DNA of 64,000 nt from Lophium mytilinum (taxonomy: Eukaryota), in NCBI GenBank assembly GCA_010093605.1, contig MU004182.1:1025032-1089031 (forward strand). Reading direction: 5' to 3'. The notes below the pieces were generated by a model. That model was given only the letters and a program-made list of their open reading frames with translations. It was not told the DNA's origin and ran no database searches. Both the position numbers and the translations under genes were made by a program. The stretch's first letter is position 1. Each line of letters starts with the position of its first letter. Positions 47,580 to 62,609 of the stretch are shown here, one piece after another.

Positions 47580-48877
47580 ATGTCCGCCTCCGAAGTTGCG
47601 CGCAAGAGAGGCCGTCCCAAGAAAGGTGCGGCTAGCGAAGAAGCGCCATCAGCAGCGGCGATTGTCGTCGAATCTCCGAAAAAAACCACCGCCGCGCGCA
47701 AAGCATCGACGAAAGCTGCGAAGGGAGCGCCATTAAGTCCGGCGAAAAAGATGGAGAAAACTCTAGAGAAGGATGTGGTGAAACCGGCGAAGAAGGCTCA
47801 AGAGGTGGAAATGGCCGCGAAAGGTGCGGAGGTGCCGAAGACGGTCGTCCCGCCAAAGCAACCCACGCCTGTTACGCCCTCGTCGTCAAAGATATTGCAA
47901 GAAGTGGCCTCGAAGGGGACATTTAAGACAAGCAATGCGCCGTTGAAAGTAGAAGCAGTTGCGAAAACGCAGCCTTCGCCTTCAGTCTCGAGGACCACAC
48001 CAGCAGCTCCTCCGCAACCAACCCCCTCCTCGAAATTTGCCGCAGAAGTCCCAACACCTCCGAAACCGACTCCTATACCACCCTCAAAGGCACCTTCGCC
48101 ACCCAATTCAACCTCCGCGTCCGCTCTAAAACCACAAATACAACCAAGTCCAGTTTCAGCGCCATCCGCAAAACCACAAATACAAACTCCCCCCTCTACC
48201 TCAGGCCCCAGAGCCCCTCCACCACCACCCTCCACCTCAGTCCTGGAGACCCCTCCACCACCCCCCTCCGCGTCAGCGCCAAACCTAGAAACACTATCAA
48301 AAGTGTCCTCTCCTCCCACACCAGCAGCAAAACAACCTCCAAACCCCGCCCCTCGACCGCTCCCCTACCGCCCCTCCCGCATCCCCCCTAAAGGCCTCCC
48401 CGTCGAACCGGCCCCCCCACCTCCTCCCAAACCCGCCGCACCTACACCCACCCCAGCACCCGTAGCACCAACCCCCGCCCCCCTCCCCAGCACCTCCGCC
48501 AACGCCATCGGCGCCATCGTCGGCGGCGGCAGCGGCAGCATGGGCGAGATGCCCGGGCCGCTGCCCAAGAAATACAAAGGCGCCGCGTTCCGGGTGACGG
48601 CGATCATGTGCGCGCTGCCGATAGCAGTCGTGACGGGGTACGAGCTTTATGGGCGATGTGAGTACCCTGACTCTATTTATTTGCAGACTCAAAGCTGTAG
48701 GCAAGAGTGAGGAGTGAGTGGACGGTTGCTAACGTGGGATCAGTTTTCGAAGGGAAGGAGAGGAAGATTCTCCCGCGCATGGAGCCGTTGCCGCCTGCGA
48801 TTGCAGCGGCGGGGGTGGTGCCGACGCCGGCGCCGCCGCCGCCGCCTCCATCTCCAGCGCCTGCTGAAGAGGAGTAG
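47580..48877 (+). CDS. Lys/Pro-rich protein with an AT-hook-like motif and a C-terminal TM; intron at about 48658-48743
   Basis: RKRGRPKK; long PxP region; KYKGAAFRVTAIMCALPIAVVTGYELYGR; GTGAGT...GCTAAC...CAG intron. Confidence 0.7.
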
Positions 48878-49398
48878 GGCGGTGTGTCTGTTTTTCAGTG
48901 TCGAGGAGTTTCGCCGGTCGAGGAAGAGCGTGAGAAGGAGCTGTGTGAACGGAGCGACATCGAAAACCCAAACCCACGAACGAACTCAACGAGTGACGGT
49001 AATGTGTATCAGACCCTGTAAAATGTGTAAAGAAGATCCGCATTTTGCATTCTGCATGTAGGACGAACGGTTTTCATGATTTTGTGCAACGATCTGTATA
49101 TTTCTCGAACTGTATCGAGAATCTTGTATATACCACTCAATCCCACCTATATCATCTTTATGCTCATCTTATATTTCAATCCACCCATCTAGTCTTATCC
49201 ATTCTTCCAAAAATCAAAACACCCCCCGAATGCCCCTTTCCATCTACATAGACAAAGCGCGCTAATGCAGGCCCAAAACCCAAATCCTACGCTAACAATC
49301 AACAAAAGAAAAATACGCTGCGTAAAGTGACTGAATCATCTTGGTATCAATAAGCGGAATATAACAACATCACCCTCACCCTCCCCCGTTTCCTGTCT

Positions 49399-52027
49399 TC
49401 ACCCGACCCCCCCACTCCCCCGACTCCGACTCCGCTTCCTCCTCAACATCATGCCCCTCGTCCCCGAAATATCCAGCAAAAGCCCCAACCCCCCCGCCCC
49501 GCTCTTCTCCCTCCGCTTCCGCTCCTTCTTCTCCTTCTTCGTCTCCTTCACGCCCTCGTTCTCGTCCATCGCGCCGTCCTTCTGCGGGACTGGCGGCGCG
49601 AGATCCGACCGCGAACGCGTGAGACTACCCCGCGGCGTGCCCGGTCTTGGAAGACTCGTGTTCTCGCCCATGGGAAGGTGGAAGAGGGATTTGTATTTCC
49701 GCTCCGGCGAGCTAGGGATATCAGGCGCGGTTTTCGTCATAGCTAGATTAAGGCTCGAGCTAGTTCTATGTGCGAAAGTGCGGGAAGCGAGCGAGGGCGT
49801 GCTGGGCTGCGAGATAGACGGGAAGAGCTGGCGGGTAGACGGCCACAGATTTGGGAGAGTAGATGAGGGCGTCGACGGGGAGAGCGGCGGTGAAGGGGGG
49901 AGTTCGGTATCCTCGTCAGACCCACTCTCGGAGTCTCCTGAAGTGGGGAAGTCGGCGGCGCCGAAGTTGGAGGGGTTGAAGCGAATGTGTTGCGGATCGG
50001 GATTGCTAGGTCGGCGGACAGCGTTGGAGTGTGAGGGGAGGTACGGTTTGGTATTCGACAGAGGCTGCATTCCCGGTGGGAGTTTCAGTGGAGTGTGGAG
50101 TTTCCGGCGAAGTGAGGTTTGGGAGCCACGCTTGGAAAGACTGTGGTCGTGCTCGAAGCGGGTGATTTTGTGAGGAGGCCTCGAGCGATGCCGCGGCGTG
50201 CGTTCGTCGCCCTGTGACAGCGGCCTGGTGAAGCCGCTTAGGCGTAAATCGACTTGGCTCGGACTGAATACAACGCGTGCTCGAAGCTGTCGGATGGTTT
50301 CGTCTAGAGCGAGTTCGATAGCGACGTGGTTCTGGACGCGTGAGAGTTTTGGCCAGGTTGCTCGCTCGCCTGTGAGGGTGCATTGCAGCATGTACTCTGT
50401 AGTCGGGTTGCTAAGGACCTTGGGAAAATGAGCGAGAGAAATGGCGGGGAATATGGTGATGTCTCCAGAGTATCGCTGGTTGAGAATAGATCTCATCTTA
50501 GTAAGATAGTTAGGAAATACTCCCATTTCTGCCAGGACGTGGAGTCGATGTAATGCCTCTCCCTTTGCAAGATTCGCCATGGAGTGTAGCCAGCTAGGAC
50601 CAGCGGTGAATGCCTGGTTGGATAGCCGAGCCTCTGCTGTGATCATTTCCTCCTCTTTTACGAGAAATGGAACGACGTGCGGATTAACTTGAGACACAAT
50701 AAAATGATTGACGTTGAACATTTCTGCCAAACGAGTCATCGGGAGATCATTGTCCACCGAGCCGTCGATCCAGCCAGCATTGGGTGTAGGGTTCCACGGT
50801 ACTTCTTCACCAGTGCGGGGATCTTTCGCAAGCAGCGAAGCGGGTAAGAAGACAAACGGAACGGAGCAAGATGCCGCTACAGCGGACCAAATCAAGACGT
50901 TGGGAGCAGTAACATAATTGAGCAACCGAGGCAATTCGTATAAGCTGGCGCTGGACACTGTAATATTCAAAATCCTTCGGGTCCGGTTGTAGGCTTCCTG
51001 GAAAGTCATGTCGCCGAGGAGGTTCCTCATAACAGTGATCAGGTGGTTGATCTCGAAGAGTGATCCGTACTTGAGGAATCGAACAACCTTGTCCATATAG
51101 GAGTCTTCCTGCCCGGGCCTATCAAAAACATTGAGATCGCCATAGCAAAAGTCTTCTAAGACCTGAGGGATCTCCTCATCAGTCTTGATGCACAGAACGG
51201 CGCAAACAATGCTACCAGCCGAGGCTCCAGAGATAATGCGAGGGAGAAGTCGAGCCTTCCAGAGGCTTTTTATGACGCCAATGTGGTTCATGCCAAAGGT
51301 CCCGCCTCCTGACATCAGCAGTGCACTTCTGCCGAATGACTGCCGGGCTTCCAGCAGCTGCTCCAGTATGACTCTGTGTTCGATACAGCGGTCATCATTC
51401 TGCTTGGCCGAGACGTCCAGCAGAGCTCGCAGAGTCTTTTGAGCAGAATCGATATAGCGCTCGATTAGGGCCTTTGTGCCAACATGGGAGTGTTTGTACA
51501 GCCGCAAGTCTCCCATGCCCCCAAGTCCACGAGTCAGGGACGTCCGAATGAGGAAGAGCATTCTTTTGACATCGCAGTTAAGCCTAGCGTCGTCGAGTTG
51601 CTTGAGTCTTGCTTCCACGAGAGCGTAGTCGTATTCGAGGGATTCATGCTCGTCTTTCCAGGCATCGTTGCCCTCGAGGACGTCCAATTCGGTGGCCGCG
51701 GCGCGCCATTCATCGTACGTCTCGGCCTGTGAATGTTAGATATGTTACTAAAAGGGCCCAACGCGTACCCACCTCTCTCATACGAAGATACAGTATTTCC
51801 CTGCGATTCTCGTCCACGGCACTATCCAGAGCAATCGTCGACGTGTCCTCATATATAACACTGCCTATAGTGCCTACCGGGTCGCGCACGAGGTGTATGA
51901 GCGGCGAGAGGAAGCCGGCATGGCTCCTGCTCTTCCGCAGCACGCGCTGCTTCTCCGTCCCTCCATTGTCGGCGCCTGCAAAGAGCTTGTTCGCGCCGGG
52001 AAAGACGGGATCGTAGAGGAAGGACAT
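49399..52027 (-). CDS. TGL4: Patatin-like triacylglycerol lipase (TGL4/TGL5-like); intron 51727-51772
   Basis: SGGGTFGMNHIG, nucleophile motif SGASAGS, LTFQEAY-like motif, WIDGSVDNDLP, HFIVSQVNPH. Confidence 0.9.
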
Positions 52028-54001
52028 GAGCTGTGCGTTGGTGCCATGCGCGAGGCGGGCGCTGGCGCTGTGGGGCCGTGTGTGGCCTGGGGAAAAGGGC
52101 GGGGAGACCAGTATAAGAATAGCAGGCGCGTAAGCTGCGTGAGATCTGGGGTTGTGGGTAAGAATACGGAGGTGGTCAGGTGTAGGAATGCGTCGAGGGT
52201 GTGGTCGAGTTGATGTAGCGGTAAGACAGTCCAGCACCGAGTCGTCACTGCGGTACGGTCATGCGCGGCATTGACTAGAGAACTACGGGAACCGACCGTA
52301 CCGGCGCCCGGCGCAGAGACGAACGGAACGGCAGATGATGGGAAGCAAGATCAGAGCCGGCGGGACTGATCAGGCGTGGGCCAAGGATGCTTTCTTCTGG
52401 AGCATCACTGCTCGGCCTGACCTGGCCATCTGACACGTTTCCCGGGTTGGCGTCATGCTTGCAGCCTCGACATGCACCTCGACGAGCCACAATCGACAAA
52501 GAAAGGCTCCTTTGTATTCTAGCTGCATCGCCCACCTATATCCACCCATCGCATCAGGCCATGTCACCGCGCGCCTCAAAAAGAACCTCTTTTCTTCTGC
52601 ATCCTGCACCTATTGGATCCAATCCAGGGCACCCCACGCAGCCGCAGCTCCCAATCCGCAAGGCACCGCATTTACGTCCCCGCTGATTCGACACGCCCTC
52701 CAGCTGCCGGGTCTGCATGGTGGAGGGCTGGCTGCTGCATGTGAGATCCAGCGATGCAGCCAACCGCGCTGCTGGGTGCTCTTCCCTGTACGTCGTCGTG
52801 GCACGCGCTTCCAAGGTTGGGGACGGAGACAGTGTGGGCGTGGGGGCGAAGATGGTGCTCTTGTGGTTGAATCCCGACTTCAGCTCTATGGCCGCCAAGG
52901 TACAGTCTTTGCTCCTGATTCACATTTTCTGATTTTGATACGTGTCTACTTTGAATGTCTCATTTGAAATCTATGAACCAGTACGGAAAGTCTTCTCTCG
53001 GCCGAGCATTGTTTCCCAGTGACCTGAGGTGGTACCTTTATCCCACATTCACATGCCACGCTTCCGAATGCCGCACCCTGTATTGCATGAACGATAGAAC
53101 ACGTTGTACAAAAGTCTCCTAGATGATTCTCCCGAACGGCACGGGCTAGCAGCTTGATTCCGCGGCAGCTAGCTACCCAGGTGTCAGGTCTTACGCTATC
53201 CCTCTAGTAAACGTCCTCGTTCCTCCGCTTCTTTCTCAACCATGTGGTACCCTAGGTAGGCGAGACCTCTATCAAGTCTTCTGCATTCAAAAACCGTTGA
53301 GCTTCCATATCCTCCGGAGCCATCTCCAACCCAACCCTCTGTTGTTTACAGATTCATCCACTATCACATGCCAAACCCGTCCCCTGTGATCACGACTCGC
53401 GCAAGCAAGCCAGGGTGCTGTTGAGAGATAACACCGACGAGCAACCCACAAAACCAGGAACCCTCTTTCACATGTCACTGATACCACCATAGGGCTGTCA
53501 CTACATGCAGCCGGATTACATGGACACTGGTAGCGGAAGATCGCCAGGGGAGGCCCAACGTTTCGTAGTAGTCTAATTGGACATCGCCATGTTTCGGAGT
53601 TGAGATAGATGGTGATTGGAGCCCTGGGATTGACTCATTGCGACCGCCATGTACCTAGGTACCTTGGTAAAGACACGTTGATATCAGAAGCCTAGGATAC
53701 TTCCGGCTTTCCGAATGCGTGTGTTGCATCTCAACAACTCCCAACTCATGCCACTGGAAGGACGTGTCGAGGACTTGACTGCTTCAGGAGCATTTTGGGC
53801 GACTGCGTTTTCAGTAATTATGGGTCCAAGATCGCGGCCAGTGACAGCTATCCGAATACCATGTGGCATCTCAAGAACTCGGCCCACGGGTCATCTTATT
53901 GGACTCCTTCCGAAGACGATTCGTCGAGTGGTCCTCCGTTTGCTGCGCTAGCGTCTTGCGAGACCCAACGAAATCCCCTAACAGAAGTCGAAATACCGTG
54001 C

Positions 54002-56428
54002 TCAAGCAATGACGAACTGATCCCACTCATCCCTCCCGAGCGCCTCGCCTTTCATGATGCCATGCACGTAGCAGTCCCCTACCACCTCAAACCCCTCCCG
54101 TCCCCGCCCGGGGCGAATCACGAATGGCGTTCGCGCACCAACAAACACCACGATACGATCTCCATTCCTCAAATCCTCAGGCCCAATGCCGATATGCCCG
54201 CTCGCAGTGCGGAAGAGACAACGCCCGCTCATTGTTACGCTGACGAGGGCTGCGTAGCGTTGGGCGTACTCGTGCTTGCGAGGCGTATCGGGGCTTGAAG
54301 AGTGACTAGATGGCCAGGATGGCGTAGGCGATGTAAGTCCCGGCGAAACCCCTCCTGACGTTGCAGCTGTGCGACACAGTTGCTCAAACCCAGACTCCAA
54401 CATCCGCCTCAACCTTGTCTGCGATGCCTTCTCTTCCGTGTCTCTCGACATCGGTAGCCATGGGAAGCGCTCTGAGAGGGCTTGGTCTGCGATCAGGGTA
54501 GTTGCCAACTTCCTTCGGGTCTCTTGATCATCGTCCACGGTGTATCTTGCTACCGCACGGTACTGTGGTATCATACTACAGATGTCATCGAAGCTAGGCG
54601 TTTTACTGATAGAGTCGCTGCGATCTTCGATTGTGTCGAAAACAAACCCCTCAATTACAAGGCGATTGGTGCCGGAGCTAAAGATTATGGGCGTAGGCGG
54701 CGTGAGCGAGTCTTGCGGACCTCCAATACCTGCTGAATACTTGCGAATATTCAGAAAGGGTCTGTACCGAGGAGAACTACGCCAATCCGGAACCCAGGAT
54801 GCCGAATCTAAGGGACGGAATGTGCCGGCAAGGTGCAGTATATCGAGCGTCTGCGTCCTTTCGAGCGCGTTCCGTGCAAACTTGGTGTAGAACGCCTCAG
54901 GCGATTGGGTGTAGTAGTCCTGCCCAAAGTCGATATAGGACTCTGCGTTCTCGGCGAAGCTGAGGAGTGCGAGGATACGATCTTGTGCTCGAGCTGTATC
55001 TGCAGCGTGGAAGAGATTCAATGAGTCTAGTAGACCAAATCCTTGTGTAAGCTCGGGGCAGCTCTTCATCAAGTCCATCAAACGGAGACCTTGTAGAACG
55101 CCTAGTACGGTTCCTCGGAATAGTGTTATTCGTGAGTCGACATCGTAAAGGAATTTGATTGCTTCGGCGAAGTCGTCCCAGTCGCACTGATATGGACCAC
55201 ATGAGAGGATGGCTGCCCGAGATGTCGTGACTTCTTGTATCACCCACCGACGCCTAAACCAGGAACGGGTCAGAAAGTGCTGGAGTGTTGGTAAGCTAGG
55301 CTGCATAGAATCGGCCACGGTCTGAGGAACGTCCTTTCCCAACTTCATAGTGGTGAAGGGGTAGAATTGCTGGCGCCATCGGCCTAATTCTTCCAGCCAT
55401 CGAAGAGTCTGCCCACCGCCTTGCCCTTCATCTCCAAGCCAAACCTGAACTCGGGTAGCTTCTTGATAGATACGTTTCATTTGCTTGACTTGGTGCATTT
55501 TCTCTCCGCTGTCGGCTTGATTGATGCATCTTTTCATTCAATTAGTTTCGCTTAGTGGAGAGAGAAATGGAAATTGTCCTTACACAGCGTCAATCCAGAA
55601 CACAATCTCCTTCGTTGTCGAGCGATAGGCTCTCAAGGCAGCGTTCAGGCTATCAGTGATTCTTAAATGCCACATATCTCGTCTTTCAGACGGACTTCTC
55701 GAGCCTCGGCGGAACGAAGGAGTATCATCACACCACATGACATTAGGCAGCTCCGGTTTGCCCCATGCATAAGACAACGCTTCGTAAGATAATGGGATGC
55801 GATTGTTGTCAACAAGGTCGGCTTGATAGAAACTACAGTGCAGATCGTCGCCTGGGTACCTTGCAGGGTGCAGTTCAATGAGCCTGATGGTGTGGGCGCC
55901 TTGAAGCTTCGAGTAGGGATAGAGAGGCACATCTTGCAGATGATGAGACCGAGAAAAAGCACTAGCTGCGCTTTGAGGTTGAAAGCTCTCTGGGGCTTTT
56001 CTGGCGTTAGTACAACTAGTTTGGCTTAGACCGTCAAAGCTGCTTCGAGGATGACGATGGCGGGCAATGCCTTCGTCAGAGTGTCGTCGTGTTTGTGGAT
56101 GGACCATGTTGTACCAGCCATCGTAGCTGTATGTTTCTTGTCCGAAACCTTGATTAGAGGGACCGTACTCTCGAGGCGGGTAGTATGGGTATTTCAAGGG
56201 AACGTGGAGTGGAGCCTCAGGCGCAGTAGGTAGCAGAAGAGGGGGATGGCCGCGATATGTCCTGTCATCTGATGAATCCTCGCTCGTTTCTGTCAGGCTG
56301 ATATCCGAGCGGTAATGTTCTTCTTCACGTGAGAGTTTCTCTCTCCGGCTCCTTCGGATTTGGTCACGGATTCGTCCACCAGCGTATAACACTGTAGCCA
56401 CTAGTGGCAGAACAGCAGTAAAGGACAT
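54002..56428 (-). CDS. HET-domain (HET-6-like) heterokaryon incompatibility protein; intron 55530-55583
   Basis: IRLIELHP, YEALSYAWG, FWIDAVCINQAD..EK..QV..M..IY..A..V.VWLG, WFRRRWVIQE, SWVPDW, GHIGIGP...GD, VGDCYVHGIM. Confidence 0.92.
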
Positions 56429-57601
56429 CGTTAAGGAGGGCGCATGAAACACAAGTAGAAATCAGAGAACGGCGCTGTTTAATGTAATGAAACAAATGGT
56501 TTACGAGACCGGTGAAACGAGTGAGACCACAAGAAGAGGCGTAGGAAACCCAAGACTGAGGCTTGACAATTAGATAAGGCTCGGAGGGTGAGATCTGGGG
56601 AATGTGTCTGTATCATGAGTGGGGTCCCGTGTTGTGAAGAGGATGGAGGGTGATTTAGTCTCGTGCTTCAGATTGTATTGGTTCGCGACTAAGGCTTGCC
56701 TACATAATGACGAAACGGTAGGCAGCCAGCTCTGGGCGCACGAGGCAGAAGTCTGCACGTAACGATGCGCGTATGCAGCCTGGTGACCAACAAGATAAAT
56801 CTCGCGTCTAGCACTTTGAGATCGGCAGACGATTAGGGTTGTCTCTAATACTGACTTCTACATGTAGCAGCTATTATGCAAACCCTATTGCATCTCGGTG
56901 AAGAAAGAGAACAGCCTACATGAGCTCAAGCTAGACAGCAACTTCAAGCATCTTGTGCCAGGATCGAAAGTGAAAACAGGTTGCACTGTATGATTTTCGA
57001 ATGAATGCCGCGAAAGCGTAGGTACGCTGTCAACATTCTTGGGCGGTGTCGACCCGCTTCACCGGAACTGCGCCACTTGCTGCACCACGCCACTGACAGT
57101 CCGGTGAAACTGGGCGAGGGACGGGCCACCCATCGCATTGCTGGATATTTTCTTCAAACCGATCAAGGTGGGTTGGAGATGGGGGAACTGGTGTTGACGG
57201 CGAGGATCACGTCGTGTTCCGTAGGGGAAGGAATGGGTTGTGTACCTAAATATAACGATGCTTGGCGTGCAGAATTCCAGCCATAAATTTACAGGTGCGA
57301 ATCCTTAGAATTTCTCAATGATGTCATTGAAGGTGGCATAGCAAGGCCTAGACGCTTGAGAGAATGTTGTGCATCTCGCTCAAATCCCCAAGGTTGTGAA
57401 GTACTTTGAGTGCCAGTGAGTGGTGTGGGCGTTTCCTCGTTCAGGTTCCATGATAATTACTCTAAGTACAATCAATCTCACATTAAACAAAACTAGTCTT
57501 CTTAAATAAAGCCAGGCTGCTATAATACCTAAATGTTCAAATAAAAGAGCAAAAGACCACCCTCCTCGAGGAGGGTGTAGAAACTCCGAAGAGTTTACTC
57601 C

Positions 57602-57676
57602 GTGACATCCGCGCGACTTTTCAGTCGAAACTATAGGAGTGACTTTCCGCGCGACTTTGCAGTCGAATCTATAGGA
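57602..57676. repeat. Tandem ~37-bp duplication, each unit with an internal CGACT/AGTCG hairpin
   Basis: GTGACATCCGCGCGACTTTTCAGTCGAAACTATAGGA followed by GTGACTTTCCGCGCGACTTTGCAGTCGAATCTATAGGA. Confidence 0.85.
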
Positions 57677-58932
57677 AAGCCATGTCAATTCCTGACAAGG
57701 GCGGGAGTCAAACCCAGCGCCCTCGCAGGTGTTGTTGCGCTGGACAGTTGCCACTGCGCCCGACCGGCCTGCTGCTCGAATTAGTAATTGGGAGTTTCAG
57801 AAAATGAATGGAATATGTACCTTAATGGAGAGTTCACTTCACTGCTGGCTTGTTTGTCCAGCACCCGCGCTCATCACCTTGACCGACTCACCGTGCTGAG
57901 TTCCAATCACTACAGCGGGCGTCACTTGCCCGATAATATCCATCTCACCTCATTCACCGTTCTATTCCACGCCGGCAAAGCCTCTCACCCACGCGCCTGC
58001 ATTCGAGATCACCCTGTTGCCAGCTCCTTTGGGGCATTCTTCGCATCCGCCTCTTTCTCTTTAGACTCATTATCGCAATAGCACTACAGCAATAAATCAC
58101 ACTCCTGAATAGAATAAAAGAAGAGAAGGCGAAATGTGCGGAAAGGAGCTCACCAAATCGATGTGCAGCATTGCCTTACAGTTCAACAAAAGTCTTTCTG
58201 CGAAAAGAAACGCGTCGGCATCGTGATTACACCGCATAGAAATTTTAGGACGGGCGCAAGGGTAGAGCAACAGCCCAAAAATAACTCACCACGCACACTC
58301 ACATATATCATATACCAAGTCCAAGCATCGGTCTATTCAAGATATCGAATCTCCTACCTACTCTCCTACCTAATCTTTGGCAACATACCGTGCCACCATT
58401 CTATCCCCTCCTTTCCACATCTCAACAGCACCCAAACACAGCAAAGAAACAAAAGAACCGACCGACCATTAAAAGCATTTCTCGGACCCATCTCATATAC
58501 AGATGCAAAAGCCCAGCGTTGTCCATACTCGCAACACTGCAACGGAAAGGAAACACATTAAAGGAAGACTCCCAGTTGTAATCAAGAACACCAAGACGAG
58601 GAAAAATGTAACCTGATAAGTAAGAGGGAAAATTGTAGATACCCAGCGCCGCCGTGAGCAGCATAACATAGAATCCAATGCACCAAGATGAAGTATCCCT
58701 TGTGGTGCTATTCTTCCGCTGCCAGCCAGCCATCATCCCGGGTATCCTCACGAACCTGCTGTCTTCTGACTTGACTCTGCTCTCTCTCTGTCTGTATCTG
58801 CCATCGATAAACTTGTTTCGTCCAAGTCGCCGATAGGTCCACGCTGCTCTCCTCGCCACGCAATGCCAACTCTACCCTTTCAAGTATAGGCCAACTCGTC
58901 CCAACCAAGCCCCTTGGCATTTCATTCCCCAA

Positions 58933-59782
<850 letters not shown>

Positions 59783-60418
59783 GGTGGGAATGTGGAGGCA
59801 GGGTTGGAGGAGTCGATGGTGGTGGAGGAGGTTGCGGAGGAGGGAAGGATATCGGGGTATCTATGCACTGGCCAAGTGCTACTTTGGCGAGGACAGCGGT
59901 CGGATCGAGCAGCCACGGGAGTCGCAGTGGTTTAGAGAGGTATCTGGGCGCACGAGGTGTTGTATTCGTTTGTATTCGGGGGCGTCTCTAGTAGTGAAGG
60001 CGAGGTTGAGGGGTCGGATTCCTTTCACGAGGCAGCGTCGAACGGCGGTCGACGTGAGATTTGACTCTCCGCGAGGAAGCGAGCGGCGTTTGGCATCCCT
60101 GCTTCACCAACGCTAGGTGGTGAACGTGATGATGGAAGAGGCGTGTCGCTCGCCACAGTGACAGCTTTCACTCGGGGCTACTTCATATGCACTCAGTTGG
60201 CAGAATTCACGTGAAAAGTGTGCAGAGGGTTAGGGAACGCTATATATATGTACGCAAACGATTCCAATCTGTCTTAATTGAGTTCGAATCGAAATGCTAA
60301 TGATATCCCGCTTTTCCATCCGTCCATGCTAGCGGAGCGGGCTAAATTTTGTACAGTCCCCGTGTAGTAAAGGTGAGATTCCACTGGGGTGGAGTAAACC
60401 ATACATGATGTAGACAAC

Positions 60419-62609
60419 TCAGGCAAACCATTTGGCATACGCCCAACGCATGCGCTCCACAACCTTTTGTTGCCTCGTCAGCCCTGCCCGGATATCCACC
60501 AGCTCGTCAATCTCCTCGAGGAAGTCATGGAAGATACGCCTTGGAAGCACGCCACTCGCTGTTTGGCGTAATAGATGCACTTCGCAGAGAAGTAAGCCGT
60601 GATCTTTGTATGGAAGCTCTCCGAATTCAGTCGGTACTGCTCCTACTAAGATGCGATCGATGTTCCTATTGAAACAGTTAGTATGGCCACGCAAAATTAG
60701 ACTTGGGCTATTAGCTACCGTAATATGACCAGCAATTGGCCTTGTTTTGTGCCTTTCTCAAGGCCCCTTCGGCTACTGAAGACGCCTCCTAGCCATCTCC
60801 AGACACCGATAGTCACCAATACACCAGGGGTAAGACCGATGAATCTACTGATATCAGCCTTCGATCTTAAAAGTTTGGGTGCAAACATACCCAAAAAGCA
60901 GCTCCTGGCTCTTCAGTATCGAGTCGATACCGCTCATAGCAACCTCGACGTCGACCTTCGTCTTCTGTATCTGGATCAAGAGCGCCTGTATGAGGTTCCC
61001 TCGGAGTGCGCCCCAGACTGGTGATTGCATGTCCTTCTCGTACACTTTGAGGACAGCCGTGAGGTCACCTTCCCGAACCTTTGCGCGGAGATCGGTCAAT
61101 TGCGAGTCGTTTAGCCCATCCACCTTCGCAAAATCAACCACCATGCGCTCAAGACTAGCATGATCGGCTTCGAGACTTCTTTTGCTCATTATCGAAACTT
61201 CGCTATCCTCGTCGTGTCGGATAGTCCCAAGGATCTTCTTTATGGGCTCAACCACCCAGTTCGACCAAAAGTCAATGACGGTGGTGCCGAAGTCTCGGAC
61301 CCATTCTAGCAGCTCAGCTTTTCGATTGACGGCGATGCGAAATATAGTTGTGGAGGACACGAGAAGCAGTGATGCAGGTAGCCAATACCGGATGAGTCTA
61401 GATGGCCGGCCATTTTCCGCCACCACCTGGTTGAAGGTTGCAGTATATTGGGGCAAGCCTTGCCCAAGTAGATTTTGGAGCCGCACAACGACATCAGCTG
61501 GTTTGAGAGACGTTGCAGTACGCTCGCCAGAGCGTTCGTGGAGGGCAAAGTAATGATCATCCTGGGTCATGGTGGCAACGGAATCGTTGAACTTGTCCAC
61601 AACCAGCTCGTTGTCGCTGACGTTTGCGAGTACTGCATCTATGAGAGCAATGCTCTTGGCGGTGGTAGTCTTCCATCTATGGCGAGTATCGTTGCCGTCT
61701 TCTCCATCTAGACTCCTTAGACCGTCTTCGTGAATGCTGTGAGATGTTAGGGTAGTGTTGTAAAGCACGGAATTGGACATGCAAACCTCTCATTACTCAA
61801 CCCCTCGCCCAGCAGTACACCCAGTGCATTCGCATTAATCTGCCTTATCCGCTTCAACTTCGCCTGCTTCCGCCTCGCCTCATCGTACACCAGAGCCAGC
61901 GGCGACACCACCCGCCGCTGAATATCAGCAATCGACCTCTCATGCACCACCTCCCTCACGAGCCCATAAAACTTCCCCCACCCATCTGCAATCCCTCCTC
62001 CTCTTGCGCGCACATCGTGCCAGATGCCCTGCGTCCATCCCCAAAGCCGCAGTGGTGACGTCTGGATCGAATAAAGCCCCGCATTCGCATACGTCCCCAG
62101 TATATCATCCCAATACCAGATATCATCACTCAACGGTATCGTCTGCTCCAAGATGGTGCTCAGCACCTGCCCATACACCTGCGCCGTAGCTTTACTGAGC
62201 AGCAGCCACTCCAACTCATGCTCATAGGTCGGGTCCGCATGAGGTACCAACTCTGCCTCGTCGTCCTGCGCAAAGTACTGTGCGCATGTCGTGCAGCTTT
62301 CCGATATTTGGGCCTGGTCGAGAATGGAGCGGATGCGGTAGGTGGGCACGAGGGCTTTCGAGGTGGTCGAGAGGCTCTTCACTAAATCCTGCAATTGCAG
62401 GATGCGCGCCGCTTTGGTGGGATCTTGAGCTTCGGTGGTGCTGAAGGGTGATGGCGCGGCGCGTGCGTGTTCCGCGGTTGAGGGGACGCTGGAGAGCTGT
62501 AGTCGGTCGAGCTGGCTGTCGATGCGACGCACTTGGCTGGTGGGAGATGGGATGTTAGTATTGACTTGCGGATTGAATCTGAGAGAACTCACTCCACCAC
62601 GAACGACAT
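60419..62609 (-). CDS. NCA2: ATP synthase regulation protein NCA2-like, multi-exon
   Basis: IWYWDDIL, LYSIQTSPLRLW, RPSRLIRYW, SLERMVVDF, LLIQIQKTKVDVEVAMSGIDSILKSQEL, GLLLCEVHLLR. Confidence 0.9.

Noticed and set aside
47410..47736. Upstream ORF resembling a mitochondrial presequence for the Pro-rich gene
   Set aside because: Out of frame with ATG 47580 and no convincing intron to join them; cannot be supported without RNA data
56940..57460. Possible minus-strand gene relic with scattered stops
   Set aside because: No recognisable family motif in any frame
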